Shown: positions 34,139-48,915 of the stretch, in pieces
Numbering within the stretch: position 1 is the first letter of the stretch
Layout of the letters: every line of letters begins with the position of its first letter
DNA from: Camelus dromedarius
Lineage: Eukaryota
NCBI RefSeq assembly: GCF_036321535.1
Contig: NC_087437.1
Span: 98,768,001 to 98,832,000 of the forward strand
Length of the DNA: 64,000 nucleotides
Reading direction: 5' to 3'
Made by a program: the position numbers and the translations under genes
Notes under the pieces: model-generated
Seen by the model: only the letters and a program-made list of their open reading frames with translations
What the model was told of the DNA's origin: nothing
Databases searched by the model: none

Positions 34139-36278
34139 AAAAAATACAATCTGAAAATTTCATCTGTTATGTTTTTATTGAAAAATTGTTAGCAACAGAT
34201 AAATTAGAAAAGAGTCCAGCAGTTAAGATGGGAAATAGAATGTAGACCATCAAAAAACTTACAGAGAAAGTTAATAAAAATACATTTCTTAAGTCAGATT
34301 TCATCTTATAAAAATACTCTACATTATAAACAGGGTTGTTTCTAATAATAAATCTGTTCATAATAATTTGAAAAATCTTTATTTGCCTATTTTATACATA
34401 ACAACTTCTTGACTTAAGGCATTCATTTTCCTAATGGGAAAATGAATCTAATCTATAGATTTATAGTATGTTTTCTGTTTATGGGTGCAATACATTCTCA
34501 ACTTCTGTAGTATCTGAGATACAATTCACAATCCTGAGCAGTTGGTGGCAGGTAACATGTAAGAATTCCATCTGGAAACGTCTATGTTCTCTGAATGGGG
34601 ACTTTGTCAACAGCTGATAGAACTTTAGGCAGCTGACAGAACTCAGCCAGCTATGGGACGCCCCCATCTACAAGGCTTCCTACTTTTTAACATCTAAGAT
34701 TGTATATCTGGGGCTTCTTCATCTTTTCATTACTGCTTGGTACTTGAAGAACACAATCAAGATATACTCTTGACTGGAAATGTGAAGCTGCTTGACTTTG
34801 ACAGTAATACAGGGTTTACTTCCCTCTTCCTACCTACTACACTAATTAAGAGTTCAACAAACGGCCATTGTGTCCTTGCTGCAAGTCTGGTCCAACCCTC
34901 TTCATTCTATAGTTAGGCAGTGAGATTTCACTCTGAGCATTTTTGTAGCTTCCCATTGATAAATTCTGTTCTTTGAACCTGAAGAAATTCACAAGACAGA
35001 GAGCCACCTTTTGTTTTCAATTTCTAACCAATATGAACATTTGAAGAGGTTTGATGAAAGATAATAAGGTTACATCTTTTTCCCGGCTTTTCGAACTGGA
35101 ATTAATAAATGATGTCTTTACTTGATTAAATCTTAAAACCAATTAATAGCAAATAGTTCCTGTGAAACTAGTCAGATTCAATAATTTGAAAGAAACTTGT
35201 ACATGTGATAGCACAATTCAATATTTATGAAGATTTTTTTGTATGACTAAAGAGATACCTGTTAATGGGTTTCTAGAAAGAAGGAGATTCAGTAATTACC
35301 ACTTTAAAAACTCATTATCTGTTTCAGAATTTAACCAGTCAAGCTCTTTATCATTTCTAATTCAGAAGCAGAGGAGGGTGGAGAGAGTCTGTAGTCACTT
35401 TTCTTTTCATAAAATGGTCCACTACCTTGTGTCAGTTTTCCAAAGTTACGATGGAGTAAGGATGTGTTTGCTTTTGCAAAAACGCCTTCATTTAAATTAC
35501 CTAAGCCAGAACCAAATTTTTTTCAACTCTATTTTAGTCCTTTCCCCTGCTGCCACCTCACTGTTTTACAAGTAATGATAAATGTGATAATGAGTAATGA
35601 CATCTATTCGTGGAAAATGTGAAAGGTCTGAAGTTACAGTACTTTTCATTAGGAAAATGTCTCTAGCAGAGGCAGGCACCTTGACTTAATCAACCCAGCT
35701 CCAATTCTGTAAAAGAAATAAATTTCCCTTAAATTTTATAGAGTCCCCATTTCTTATTCCCCTCCTCACCACTTCAGTCCTATTAACTACACATGATTTT
35801 TCATGGTAGTTTAAGTGTAAAGAAATGTTTCAACTCTTATTTTTATCCATTAAAATGCAAATGATGTGGGGCTTTCTGATTATTTAATCCCCTGGGAGTG
35901 TTTGGATATGGAACATTGAGTACATGTTTTCAAAGTGAATTCTTCTATATCCTTCATCTTCTCCCTTCCAATATGCAGAACACAACGAACGATTAGTGTT
36001 GAGCCAGGAAAGCAAGATGCATGTAGAGATTAAAAATGACCTTGCTTTCTTGGTCTCCATTTGAAACTAGCACAGAGGCCATTTTAAAAACTTGAGGTTG
36101 CACATGTCGTTTCTACAGATCTTCTACATCGAGATTTTAAGGCCATTTATCTATAAACTGACATTGGTTATGTGTCTGTCACTTAAACTCCAACTAAGAA
36201 GCTATAACCTGTGTAATTAATGTAAGAAAAATGATCCATCATAAGTCTGTTTGTTTTAGAAATATAAAAATATAGTTT

Positions 36279-36714
36279 TGTGAAATAAAATTCACATTTT
36301 ATGGCAAGACAAATCATTCAACATAAAAAAAATTTTCTCTGCCCTTTGACCTCCTCTCTCCCCCTGCTGTGCATTATGCATTGACCAACCCTCCCCATTG
36401 GCAGAAATACCTACTCAACCATAAAGAGCAACATTTCCTTAGCATCAACACGACAACTCCTTAAACAGAACAGTGCCTCTTGATCTTGTAAGGAGCCATT
36501 ATGACTTTTAGATCTGAATTGTGTAAACTGCCAATAATACATCATTTAACATATAGCCCTCTGTCTCAAAAAACTTCTATAACTGTGCCGTGACTTCAAA
36601 TGAGAGGAACAGTTCTCAGAGCTATCTGAGATGCTGTTCCTGAGTTATAATCCTCAATCTGGCTCAAATAAAATTTTTCATATCTTTCTTAGGTCAAGTA
36701 ATTTTTTGTCAGCA
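36279..36714 (+). mobile_element. Solo ERV1-type LTR
   Basis: TG...CA ends, near-TSD gttt/tttt, R/U5-like 'cagttctcagagctatctgagatgctg', and AATAAA at ~36667. Confidence 0.75.
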
Positions 36715-36922
36715 TTTTTTTATCAGGGGTTTACTTGAAAAAAAAGCTGTGAAACATTTGAATGTCAAGCACTTGGTCTCACAAATAACTATATGATACC
36801 AAAATTACACCAAAATATACAACATATATAACACTGATAATATCAAAATAAAATTTAAATTGCGACAAAAGGGATGGAATGAACTTCTGTATAGCAGAGA
36901 TGTTGGTAGACATTTTTTTAAA

Positions 36923-37082
36923 CTTTGGGGTTTTTTTTTTAATTTTTTGAGGGAGGAGGTAATTAGATTAGTTTATTAATTGATTTATCTTTTTTTTTTC
37001 TCTAATGAAGGTACTGGGGATTGAACTCAAGAGCTCACGCATACTAGGCAGGCACTCTACCATTAAGCTATAACCTCCCCCC
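36923..37082 (-). mobile_element. tRNA-derived camelid-type SINE (vic-1-like)
   Basis: Reverse strand 'ggggaggttatagcttaatggtagagtgcctgcctagtatgcgtgagctcttgagttcaatccccagtaccttcatt' carries A/B boxes and an A-rich tail. Confidence 0.8.
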
Positions 37083-37169
37083 TAACAATTTTTTTTAAAT
37101 ATAAATATATATGTATATGTATTTTTCAATGAATTTTCTAACTTTCACTGAGTGACATTAGCATGATTT

Positions 37170-37624
37170 TTTTTTAAAAAAACACGTTTATTGTGGTATG
37201 GTTCCTGTACAGTAAACTATATATATTTTAGATGTACAATTTGATGAATTTTGATAGACGTATACAACAATAAAACTACTGCCGCAATCAAGATAGCTAA
37301 TATTTTCATTACTCCTGAAGAGGTGCAATTATTGAATTCCCAATTTATCCCTTCCCATCCCTTTTACCCCGTGGTAACCATAAGTTTGTTCTCTATATCT
37401 GTGAGTCTGTTTTTGTTTTATAGATAAGTTCATTTGTGTCTTTTTTTCAGATTCCACATAAAAGAGATATCATATAGCATTTTTCTTTCTTTTTCTGGCT
37501 TACTTCACTTAGAACGATGACCTCCAGGTCCATCCATGTTGCTGCAAATGGCATTATTTTATTTTATTTTTTATGGCTGAGTATTATTCCATTATTCCAC
37601 ACACACATATATACATGTATATAT

Positions 37625-37657
<33 letters not shown>

Positions 37658-38120
37658 CACACACATGCACACACACCATATCTTCTTTATCCAGTCATCT
37701 GTTGGAAATTTGGATTATTTCCATGTATTGGCTATTGTAACTAGTGCTGCTTTGAACATTGGGGTGCATATATCTTTTTGAATTATATTTATCTGCAGAT
37801 TTATGCCCAGGAATGGGATTGCTGTATCATATGGTAAGTCTATTTTTAGTTTTTTAAGGAACCTCCATACTGTTCTCCATAATGGCTGTGCAATTTATGT
37901 TCCCACCAACAGTGTAGGAGGGTTCCTTTTTCTCCACACCCTCTCCAGCATTTATCATTTGTAGACTTTTTAATGATGGCCATTTCTGACTGGTGTGAGG
38001 TGATACCTCATTGTAGTTTTGATTTGCATTTCTCTAACAATTAGTGATGTTGAGTATCTTTCCATGTGCTTATTGGTCATCTGTATGTCTTCTTTGGAGA
38101 AATGTCTATTTAGGTCTTCT
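37170..38120 (-). mobile_element. L1 3' fragments including the ORF2 C-terminal region
   Basis: The minus-strand ORF 37970-38164 gives [44 protein letters not shown], which is L1 ORF2. Probably two adjacent pieces joined near 37322. Confidence 0.9.
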
Positions 38121-40899
38121 GACTCAATCAGCTTGTCTTTTTTAAGTGACTTATCTTTATCCAAATATCCCTTTCTGCAGACTCAAGGCAAAATAGTGTG
38201 CCCATCCATCATTAGTATCTTCCCTTTCTCCTCTTTCTTCCAGGAACAATTATCACCCAGGCCACACTGTGCCATCTAGACTTGACTCATTTCATATTTC
38301 ATCAAAATTTCCCTGTTTTGTATCTCACTTCATCAAGTCCCCAGTCAGTATAATAAACTAAACTACCTCCCAAATTAATATTTGCACAGATAAACAGATT
38401 ATTCCTTGTAACATCTGGGGGGAAGATGGTTAAAAACCACAAATCCACGGTCATGGTAAGAACGTCAGGGAGGCCAGTGGGGAAGGTATTGATACTTAGT
38501 ACCTTAATGAACTCTTTCTGCTTCTTGAATTATGTAATGTAGTTAGCTTTCTACTCTCCCAGAAAGTAAGACTCACTTTGAAATGTGGATATTTAAGAAC
38601 CACATTCCCAAACCAATGGCCACAAGACAAACCAATAGGCATATTATCAATTATGGGTCTTTTTGTGAAGATTATATCAAACATGGGTTCTTGCATCTGC
38701 ATGAGATATTTCCTTTTCCTGGATCTTGTTTTCATTTTACCTATTAACTGTCAAAAACATCATCAACCTCCTTTTTTCTGAGCTCTGGATGTGATTACAA
38801 GAAAGTTTCTTCTCTTCAGACCCATGTGACCACCATAATCACTTTACTTCCCAGTCAATAGCCATTAATTTCAGTTAGTGTTTACCTAAATAAGTTTGTG
38901 GCCACTTGCAGAATTTATTATGTAAAGATCTCCACAATTCTCTGCTTGCCTAAAAATTACACTTCAAAGAAGGTTTTTGGCTCAATCTATCAGACCCAAA
39001 ACATTATTTCTAGCTTCAAAATTCTTCCCTTCATTTTGGAGGGAGAAGATGGTAAGATAGGTTCTTTCCATTTCTGTGAGTCAAAAGATTTATTTGACCA
39101 CTTGACAAAAAAATGCTGCCTGCTTGACATCTATCTGAAAGTAGGGAGAAATTTTGCAAAAGCATTGGAAAATTTAATTCTTAACCTATAAAGATTTTAA
39201 TTTAAATAAAATAATTCATTAAATAACACGAATTTAATTGCTCCTAGAGTTTGAAAAGCACTATTTTATAATATGCTAATTACTTTAAACCAGTTCACAT
39301 TAAAAGGCATTCAAAGGCCTTAAGCAAAAACTAAATGGAGCATATCTGTAAAAATAGCAACTGGCCTTGAATATAAATTTGGTCTTAAATAAAATTACGT
39401 TACATGCTGCAAATTAACAAATATTAAACATTTACATAAAATTATATTTTTTTACTTATCTTTTTCCTTACATAATTTATCAATTTAGATTTTTTTAGTA
39501 GCCCAATTAAATTCTATGTCTATGCCATTTCATTATGAAAAGGAGGTTACATGAAATGGATAAGTAAAACAAGTTTCCATTCTTCATACACAAACAAGAG
39601 CATTCATAATACACTGGAATCCTCTAGAAACAAATTATGCCTTTCTTACTAATAGATACAAAGGTCCAAGGATGAAGAGAAAACTGAAGTTTCCTGAAAA
39701 TTAATCCTTATATCTTATATACCTAGAAATGGGATCCAGTGTCCTACCACAAGAGATTTGTAGAGGATTCACAATAGAGAGAGACACAGAAAGCTACGCA
39801 CTTAAAAAAAATTAACTTGGCTAAGTTTCAGAAGCCTTCCTGACTCTTAACCAGTGCCATAGGAGCATTTACTGTTATTGTACATTCAGAGTCTGAAGAA
39901 ATTCAGTAATACTACACAGATTTTTAATTATTAAAATTTTCCCTTTGCTGGGGCTTTAAGGCTAATTAATGCACGTTAGGTTTGTTGCCTGAGCTTGTCA
40001 CCCTGTTGCTCTCCCGGCTATGTTTAGTTAGACTTTGAACTAGAAGCTATGCTGGCTTTGTAATCGTTCACAGTTTGCTTTACTGTGTGTATTTGATCTC
40101 CCTAAAAAAGATATGAGTGCACTGAGGGCTGGAATGATATCTTCTGGTTTTTTTGCACCGCCCAATTGCACTAGAACCATAGGCATCAGGGCAATTCATC
40201 AAGACAAAATCAGGAAACCAAGCCATTAACTGGCTCTGTGACCCTGGACCACTCACCTTACTTTTCAAGGCTTCTGGTGCTTCTAACATAAAATGACGTG
40301 ATGACACTCTTTCTAAGATCCTTTCCAGGTATATACTTACCATGATGTTAAATTGAGGAAAGAAGTAGAGTAAGGGAGTAATATGAATGTGTGGGAAGGA
40401 GCTTCTAGTTCCAAATTTGAGAGTGATGCCCTAATTCAAAGGATAAACTGCCAAATCCTTGGCAAAATTATTCAAGAATTTGAAAACCAGAGGGAGGATT
40501 ATGAAAAAGCACGCAGAAAGCAGAGAGGAATCTCCTTCCTGAAGACAGAATGATGTGGATCCAGGTGTGTGAGTTGGATGCTTTTCTTTAGCGAATGCGT
40601 TCTCCAACCATGTGTAGTCTGGGTGGCAAAAAGCTTGAAGTGTCTAATATTAAGGTAAATTTTACAGAACAGCTGAAAATTAGGAAAATCCCTAAAACTA
40701 GGAAAACAAGAGAGAGATGATCCTAACCTCTGCCCCGATCCTCAATTTGCCCAAATTTGGCAGACATAGAGGAAACCAAGAGGAAAACAGGCTGAAAAAG
40801 CAACAGTGGGAAGACAAGAGAACAGTGTTGGTAGATAAGCAGCTGTGCATCATGGGGAATGGGAGGTGGGAATACTCTGCGGATTGATCCAGGCAACCA

Positions 40900-41348
40900 A
40901 ACACCATAGCATAACAAAACTCCAAATTCAGAAGAATGTGATGAATCTAAAGTTACTACAATGTATTGTCTATAAGATGCATATTTAAACCTCAAATTAA
41001 TCTATATACAAAAAAAGGAGGCATGAAGCTATACTCAGGAAAAGAAGGCAGTCAATGAAACAGGTCTTAGATATTGGGTTGACAGGCAGATTTCAAAGTA
41101 GCTGTTATAAATACGTTCAACAATGCTTAAATAATTGAAGAAAAATGATATCAATGTCGCAACAGATAATCTAGAGGAAGTATAGAACTGAAAATTATTG
41201 TTACTAAAATAAAAATTTTACATAGACCCAATAGCAAATTAGAGCAAAATAACTAGTGGACATGAGAATAGATCAATATAAACTATCCATTTCGAAGAAC
41301 AGAAAGAAAAAAAGACTAAGGAAAAATGAACAGAATCTCAGAATACCA
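40900..41348 (+). mobile_element. Old L1 5'/ORF1 fragment
   Basis: 'gagaatagatcaatataaactatccatttcgaagaacagaaagaaaaaaagac..aaaatgaacagaatctcaga' is the L1 ORF1 coiled-coil region. Confidence 0.65.
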
Positions 41349-43120
41349 TCTATCCTGGAAAATGTTCTGTGAGCACTTCAGAAGAATGAATAGTTTGCTG
41401 CTGCTAAATAGAAAATACTGTATATGTCTATTAAGTTCATTTGATCTAAAGTCTGGTTGAAATACAAGCCCAATGTTTAGTTGTTGTTTTTCTGTTTGGT
41501 TGATCTACTCATTGCCAAATGTGAGGCATTGAGGTTCTCTAGTTATGCTAGTGTTGTATATTTCTCCTTTCAAATCTGTGTGCATTTAATTAATAGACTT
41601 ATGTGTTCCAGTTTATAACTGTTACATCCTTTTGAATGAATTGACAATTTTATCATTATATAATGACTCTCTTTTTCACTCGTTACTATTTTTGGCTTAA
41701 AGTCTGTATTGTCTGATGTGAGTGTAACTGCCTTTGCTCTCTTTGTTTCCCCTTACATAAGACTATCGTTTCCTTTCCCTTAATTTTGAGCTAACTGTAC
41801 CCTTAAAGCTTGAGCTTCTTGTAGGTAGCATATGGTCAGGTCTTGCTTTTTACCCATCCAGCCATTCTATGTCATTTGATTGGAGAGTTGAATCTATTTA
41901 CATTTAGAGAATTATTGATAGGAACGAACTTGCTAATGTCATCTTATTAATTGTTTTCTGGCTGTTCTGTAGTTTCTCTGTTTCTCCTTCCTCTCTTGCT
42001 CCCTCCCTCTGTGAATTGGTGATTTTCTGTAGTTGTGTGCTTTGACACCCTTCTGTTTATCTTTTGTGAATCTGTTGTAGGTGTTTGCTTTGTGGTTACC
42101 ACAAGGCTTACATCTTATAATGCAGTCTATTTTACGCTGAACTTCGATTCCATACAAAAACTTCACATTTTTGCCTCCTTTATGTTTTTGATGCCACAAT
42201 TTACCTTTTTTCATTACTGGTATTCATTAATAAATTACTGTAGCAAATTATTTTTAATCTCACCCTTTAACCTTTATACTAGAGTTAAGTGTTTTACTTG
42301 TTATCATATTATAATGTTAGAGTATTCTGAACTTGCCTATAAACTTACCTTTACCAGTGTGTTGTTTATCTTCATGTGACTAATTTGAGGGGATCCGTGG
42401 ATGAAGTGTTCCCAGTGGCTCATGGGTGGACTTCCTGGTGGAATCTATGATGCAGTTAGTAGGATTCATGTTCTTTTAAAGCTCTCCAAGAGTCTTATCT
42501 GCTGCTCTCCAAGCCTCTTCCTGCCCGCCAATCATGCAGCTCATAATTTAGTAATGTGGATGGGGAGAGGGAGAAATGAGCTCCTTTGGCAACATCTGGT
42601 GCAGCTGAGGAAGCCGGGTGCTCTCTCACATGCTCCCTCTGTCCCTTGTGGGAGAAAACATGGGCCAAGAAGCTCTTGGCATGAGCTGTGTTGTCTTGGA
42701 GAAAGGGGGATGTGAGTAAAGTCAAACTGTTCCTCTTACCCAATACTTGTGTCCAGACTTAGAATTTTTTGTTCCGACAATGTGCTGGAACTTCTCCTCT
42801 GGAAAGCTGAGCCTCTACAAAGGATGTCTTGTCTGTGGGTGACTGTCTCAGACAGTGCTTTCCAGGGACTCTCAGACCACAGCTGAGGGGTTGGAGCTGG
42901 TTCAAATGTCACTGCAGGATCCAAAACCAGGCCCAAGATCTATCTGTGTATCGGCCAATGCATGGGTAGTCAAGACTCTGCCCAGTTCCCTTGGCATATG
43001 GTGTTGGGTCCCAGAGGTCTCACAGAGGCACTTTTGTCAATGGATAGAGGCCAGATTTTTGTTGTTGAGTTAGGGGACAAAAATGAGAGATGTCTTGTGC
43101 CTCCAGGATGTTGATGTCAC
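41349..43120 (-). mobile_element. L1 endonuclease/inter-ORF region joined to a 5'UTR-like segment
   Basis: 'tctatcctggaaaatgttctgtgagcacttcagaagaatg' and 'catccagccattctatgtcatttgattggagagttgaatctatttacatttaga' are reverse L1 EN sequence. A more GC-rich segment follows ~42380. Confidence 0.75.
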
Positions 43121-43124
43121 TCTG

Positions 43125-43421
43125 AGTCCAGGGTTTTCACTGAGGGCTGGTTACATCGGCACTTTCCCCTACATAACCAGCCTTGATTTCCAAAGTTCCA
43201 GACCCCATGATGTTAAAGCACGTATTTACCATTAATCACATTGTTTGCACAAACAACCTAGGTAGACTGGTACAGCAGGGTGTAGTGGCCAAGGCACATA
43301 AAATAGCCTTATTATTTAGTAATATACGGAAAATTCCAAAGTCAAGCTTTTAAGTGCCAGCCCCAGGAGCTCGTCCTTCAAAGAGCAAGATCAGACCTTC
43401 TGTATTAACTCTTTCCTACAC
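43125..43421 (-). mobile_element. MER21C/MER77-like ERVL LTR fragment
   Basis: 'cattaatcacattgtttgcacaaac...ctggtacagc...tattaactctttcctacaca'. Confidence 0.6.
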
Positions 43422-45289
43422 AGTCACTCCAGCACTGCTTCTAAACCCCAGCTGAGGCATTTTCTTTCCACAGCTGCAGTTACTTCTTGTTTGGATTTTC
43501 TCCACTCAAACTTGCAGAAATAGCCTCATTACAACCTTTGAAGAGAAACCAGGCACCATGCAACCAGCTCTATCTCCCCAGATGTGTGAGTGTGAGTTTC
43601 ACCTCTGCAAGTCTTCCCCTTAAAGCTTTTAAGTTTTAGTAATTCTATCCTCTTCTTTGTCCACCTAGGATCTAGGAGTGGTCACTGCTTCCTGAAATTG
43701 TTATTTCCATAACTTCTATTTTTAGTGGTTTCTTTTTTTCTTTTGAATTAATTAACAACTGTACACTTAACTTAAACATCTTTATATTAAATTATATCTG
43801 TTCAGATACCTACTGTGGCTTTTGCTAGACCCTGACTGACACAAGAGGAGATCATCTTCCTTTGGCAGAGGTGGTTGACAAGCAAGAACCAACATGGTTT
43901 GTTGATTCATTATTCATTATTTTTCTTTTTTGGTACCAGGTGTGTGGTTTGAGAAAGCTGTGGCAATGGTAGCAAATTTACTGACCTCTGATTACACCTG
44001 TGGTGAGCAACCTTGAAACCAAATTTCAGCATCAACACTCACCCCGCCCCCGTCATGCTGTCCTTCAGTCCTTCCAATAATTTTTCAAGTGCCTGTTAGA
44101 TTTCTTCCTCCTTGTAATATCTAAAATGATTTCTGATTTCTGCACTAAATTCTGATAGATATATGGGTAAATAGGCTTTTTATCAAAAGATTATAGGAAA
44201 CAATACATTAAATAGTGAAACTTTAAAAATACTCCCCATAAAATCAAATATGAGATGAGTACTCTCGCTCTCACCGTTCTGATTCAATATTGCATTGGAG
44301 GTACTAGACCCAAAGAATTATGTGGAAAATAATTAGCAGGAACAAAACAAAACTGTGATTTGCAATCCATATGATTATTTATGTAAAATCCTCAAATCTA
44401 GCTTATATGGAAACTTTAAATTTACCAAAAGTGTTACTGCAGCCATCCATCTTGCACTTGATGCTACATTATATATACTTTTATGGGAAAAAAAATGATT
44501 TTGAAATATGTTGGTGACTTTTTTTCAGAACTAGATGAAATTATATTCATAATGATCAATAACTTAGAAAATCTGATAGAGTTTACTTTCAGATGGTTAC
44601 AGTTGACCGGATAGAGCTTTGAACTAATTGCACAAAAGGAATTGTACCTATAAATTTGTCAACCAGCTTGTTTCACTAGAACATAGTTAAAAAACAGCTT
44701 TCCAACCACTTTGAATTTCGGAACAACTATGATCTTGGCCCTCAAGACTTATTTAACCTAGTTGAGCTTGAATGGATAACTTGAAATTGTAGAACCATGA
44801 AATTTTATAGGAAATGAGGATCAAAAGAGAAGAATCTGTTATGACCACAGTTACTGCACATAGGAATTCTATCTCAATGCTGAAATCTTTCTCTCAACCA
44901 CAGCTTAAACATACGGCAATTTCAAAGGTGCACCTCCATGACATTTCCCTGAATTCCCCCAAACAGGAGTTTCTACAATTATTCTCTTTAGGTAATTGCA
45001 GCTTCTAGAATAGCCTCAGGTCACTGAAACACCCCAGTTCTGCAAACTACCCATTATTAGCCAGACCCCATCATTAAAATCCATCCTTGGGAGATGTGAC
45101 TTCGTGACATTGGAGGAAAAAATGCAAGGAGCTCTCCAGTGGCTCTCCGTGGTGGAAGCAGTAGTGTACGGGCATGTTTTATAAGCCACACTTGTTAACA
45201 ATTTGCTTCACCTGTTGGTTCTCTTCATCCTCTTCTGTCTCATGAATTTCTTCTAGGGAGTCACATATGTGCTGGGTGACTATAGCAGA

Positions 45290-46049
45290 TAACCTTTGTT
45301 CTTAAAAAAATTTAACTCTTGGTTTCACTGTATACTTGGTACAAAACTTCAGAGAGAATTTAATATTAGAAATCATCTACTAGACGTAAAGTTGTGAACT
45401 AAGTAACTGCAAAACAAAAAGAAAACCTTAATGTAGCACAGAGGCAGCAACTGCAGGAAGTAGATACTAACCCCGTGGTTGAAAGAATAAAGGGAGAAGG
45501 CTGGAATTATTAGAACTTAGAAACTTGGGAAGGGGCGGGGGGGGACCAGTTCTAAAGAACTGAAACTCAGGTCTTTGAGGAGAGGTTACTGGTTTAGTGT
45601 TCAGTGGGTGTGTAGTGTCTCTGAGCTTGAAGGAGAGACCCCAAGGTGCTGGGACTCAGACCTCAGAGGCTGGGACACTGCTGGGTGATGTCGGTGACTG
45701 TAAAATTGACACAGTGAGGCTTATTCCACAAGTGTTGGAAAGCTGCAAACTGAACTCCGCGGCTGCTACCCAGGGGAGAACTGCTGCTGCGGGGATGAAG
45801 AAGCGTTGCCAAGGTGACGCTCACTGGATCTGCGAGCAGACAGGAAGCCGACAGGAGCACACAGCAGGGCAGAGTCCCTGCTTTCTTCTCCAGCTTTACA
45901 GTCTCCTTTCTCCGCCCCCTGTGGCAGAGTCTAACAGTGAGTCAGCTGGAAAATAGAAATAAGGTTAGCAGAGTCCCGGCTTCAGCATCACAAAGCAGCT
46001 ATAGAAGCGTGGTTTGGAGCTGAGAGACATTTGCTTAGTTACTGGCACA
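45290..46049. mobile_element. Ancient LTR-like element (MamGyp/LTR78-88-like)
   Basis: Ends 'gagctgagagacatttgcttagttactggcaca'. Similar diverged pieces lie at ~53240-53890 and ~62170-62750. Confidence 0.45.
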
Positions 46050-46489
46050 GCCATCCACAGAAAACTCTTCTGAATAACTGAAAATTGACACTGTGGTAAA
46101 CAGCCAAACTGCTTATATAGTTTAGTAGCTTACTAAGAAGCTACATGACTCAACATAGCCTCACAGTTTTAACAGCAGAGACAGCGAGAAGAATTCAAAT
46201 CCAATCCTTGTTCATTATGTAACACAAGATAGATTACACTATGCATCTGGATGTCTATTTCTGACATCTGAGCTTAAGGAATATTGAAACAGCCTATAAC
46301 TTTCAAGAGTGAAAAGCAGTAAACTAAATTTGACAAATACTTACCAGGCATTTAGAAAAAAAAAAAAAAACCCAAGGAGTTCTGATCCTTTAAACCGGAC
46401 CAAAGAAAGCTAGTCTCAAATGATGTTTGTTAAAAACCCACTCACACCCAGCTCTTCCCTCACCCAACATAAACTAAATAACAACTAAA

Positions 46490-47150
46490 ATTCCTCACTT
46501 CTGCCTACATCAAAACATCAAAACCTGGTTTTGGCCAGTTTGTGAAAATATATGTTGCTTTATCCTGTTGGTGAGAATTTCTTTCACATTTCTATTAAGG
46601 GGATGGTATTTGGCCATATATATGCATCACAATTCTCTAAAATATGCTTATTCTTTCGACAGAATACTCATTTCTAAAAAATTAATCACATGGATATAAT
46701 ATAGATTTAGCCCAAGGCTGTTCTTATCAGTGTTGTTTAAAACAAAATAGAACTGAACATAAGCCTAAATGTTTATCCATAAAAGCTCAGTTCAGTAAAT
46801 TATACAAGTAATGAAATATTATGCAATCTGTAAACATGACTAGCTGGATAGGTATGTCTTTATTAACATAGAAAGAACAAGTTATAAAACATTCATTCAT
46901 TCAATACCTGAGTACATGCACTGGCCAATAAAACAAACATTAAGCTCCTTGCCCATAAAAAGCCCCCATTTATGTAAAACTATTTGTATATATTCATAAG
47001 GACACACACATGTATATGCATACACATACACAGATACTAGATGGGGTCTCCTTAAAAATACTGAGTCATTAGTTAACCCACGTGTTTTTCTCTTAGTGAT
47101 GGGACTGTAGCTCATTTCTGCTTCTGTCTTTGTACTTTTCTGTACTTTAA
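46490..47150 (+). mobile_element. Old L1ME 3' region
   Basis: Degenerate ORF2 C-terminal/3'UTR motifs such as 'cagtgttgtttaaaacaaaatagaactgaacataagcctaaatgtttatc'. Confidence 0.55.
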
Positions 47151-48037
47151 AAAAAATCCTACACTTACTCAAAATCTAGGGCACTAAACCTCAGCAGAGT
47201 TCCCAGTTGAATGTGAATTCTTTTTTGCTCAGAATTAACTGTATCATTTGGTTTATGTCATTCTTGGGGACTTTATATTCCATTCTGAATTAATTAGTGT
47301 TGTACTTGTTGTCTCCCTTTATAAGATGAAAAGTATCTTGAGGACAGTGACACCACCTTGTGTAACTTTCTGGCCCTTGTACCATCTAAAATAGAGCTTG
47401 GCTTCCAGTGAGTGCTCAATAAATATTGTGTTTCATTCCTAATTTCACTCGCCATCAAATTGCACTGGACATTAATCAGAGTAACTGCTCTGCTCATATA
47501 GTTTATAGGTAATCATGTGCTACTTATAGCCCATGCTGAGGAGCAGCCTTAGTGAGCTATGATTTGTAATGTATCACCTCAATCCTCCAGACACAGCTGA
47601 TTGTGCTAAGGCTGGACAATTGACCTAAAGACAGCCAGTCCAAAGCCTGGCCATGGGCATGACCTAGAATGAAAATTTGATTAATAGGAGATTCACAAGA
47701 TTAAAAAAAAACAAATGGTTATAAACCTATGAAATGGTTCTCAGCTTTATTAATAATCATGAAAACATATACTAAAACAAAACAGAGACATGATTTTTTT
47801 TACCCACTGGATTATTTAAAATAAGAAGGCAATGTCCTGTGTTGAAAAGAAAAAACAGAAATGATCACTTCCATGCAACATGGGTGGGAATGTAAATTTA
47901 GCCTTTTTTGGAAGGCAGTTTGACAGCATCTATCAAAATTTACATTGTGCTCATCTTTTGAGGTAGTTATTCTGCTCCAGGAATATAACTTGTAGAAATA
48001 TTCTCACATGCACAGAGATGAGGCAACGATGGTCTTT

Positions 48038-48350
48038 TTAAAAAAATTTTATTGAAGCAGAGTTGATTTACAATGTTGTATTAGTTTCAGGTATACAGCA
48101 AAGTGATTCAGTTATACATATATACATATATATATAATCTTTTTCAGCTTCTTTTTCATTGTAAGTTATTACAAGATATTGAATATAGTTTCCTGTGCTA
48201 AAGAGTAGGTCCTTGTTGTTTATCTATTTTATATATAGTAGTGTTCATATGTTAATCCCAAACTCCTAATCTATCCCTCTCCCCAACTCTACCCTTTTCC
48301 CTTTTGGTAACCACAGTTTGTTTTCTATGTCTGTGAGTCTATTTCTGGTT
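48038..48350 (-). mobile_element. L1 3' end inserted into an older + strand L1ME fragment (~47710-48440)
   Basis: 'ttttattgaagcagagttgatttacaatgttgtattagtttcaggtatacagcaaagtgattcagttatac'. Confidence 0.85.
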
Positions 48351-48499
48351 GGTATTTATAGTCATAAGAGAAACACTTAAAACATTTTCTTCATTAAGGA
48401 AGAAGGGTTGAGTAAACAGAGTTACATCCATACTGCAGAAAAAGAGACAGGGAATCAGTAAAGTTAATACAGTCAGATTCAACATTCTTACCAAGACCC

Positions 48500-48915
48500 A
48501 CAGTCCCATGTTTTGGCCTCTGCCTCTGTGAACTCAACCCCTCCCACTTCCACTATCATTACCCTGTTTCAAAGTCATGAGCACTTATTTGCACTTGCTT
48601 ATTCCTTTACCTGTATTCGTCTTTCCCCAGACATTCTCTTGGCTTGTCCATTCATTCTCTTCAGGAGCTCCACTTGAATGTCATCCCCACAGGGTGACAT
48701 TCTTTCCTGGCCAGCCTGGCTTCAATCATCTCTACATTTTACCCTTCTTTATTTTTCTTCATACAAGTTACCAGCTCTTGACATTAAACAGTGAGCTGAA
48801 TGTTAATTATCCATCTCCTTCACTAGAACCAAAACTTCTATGGGCAAAGAATTTATCTATTGGTTACTATCAAATCACCAGTGCCTAGAATCATATCTTG
48901 TAATGAATGAATATG
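48500..48915 (+). mobile_element. L2 3' region
   Basis: Ends 'cactagaacc...ctatgggcaaagaat...caccagtgcctagaa...taatgaatgaat'. Confidence 0.65.
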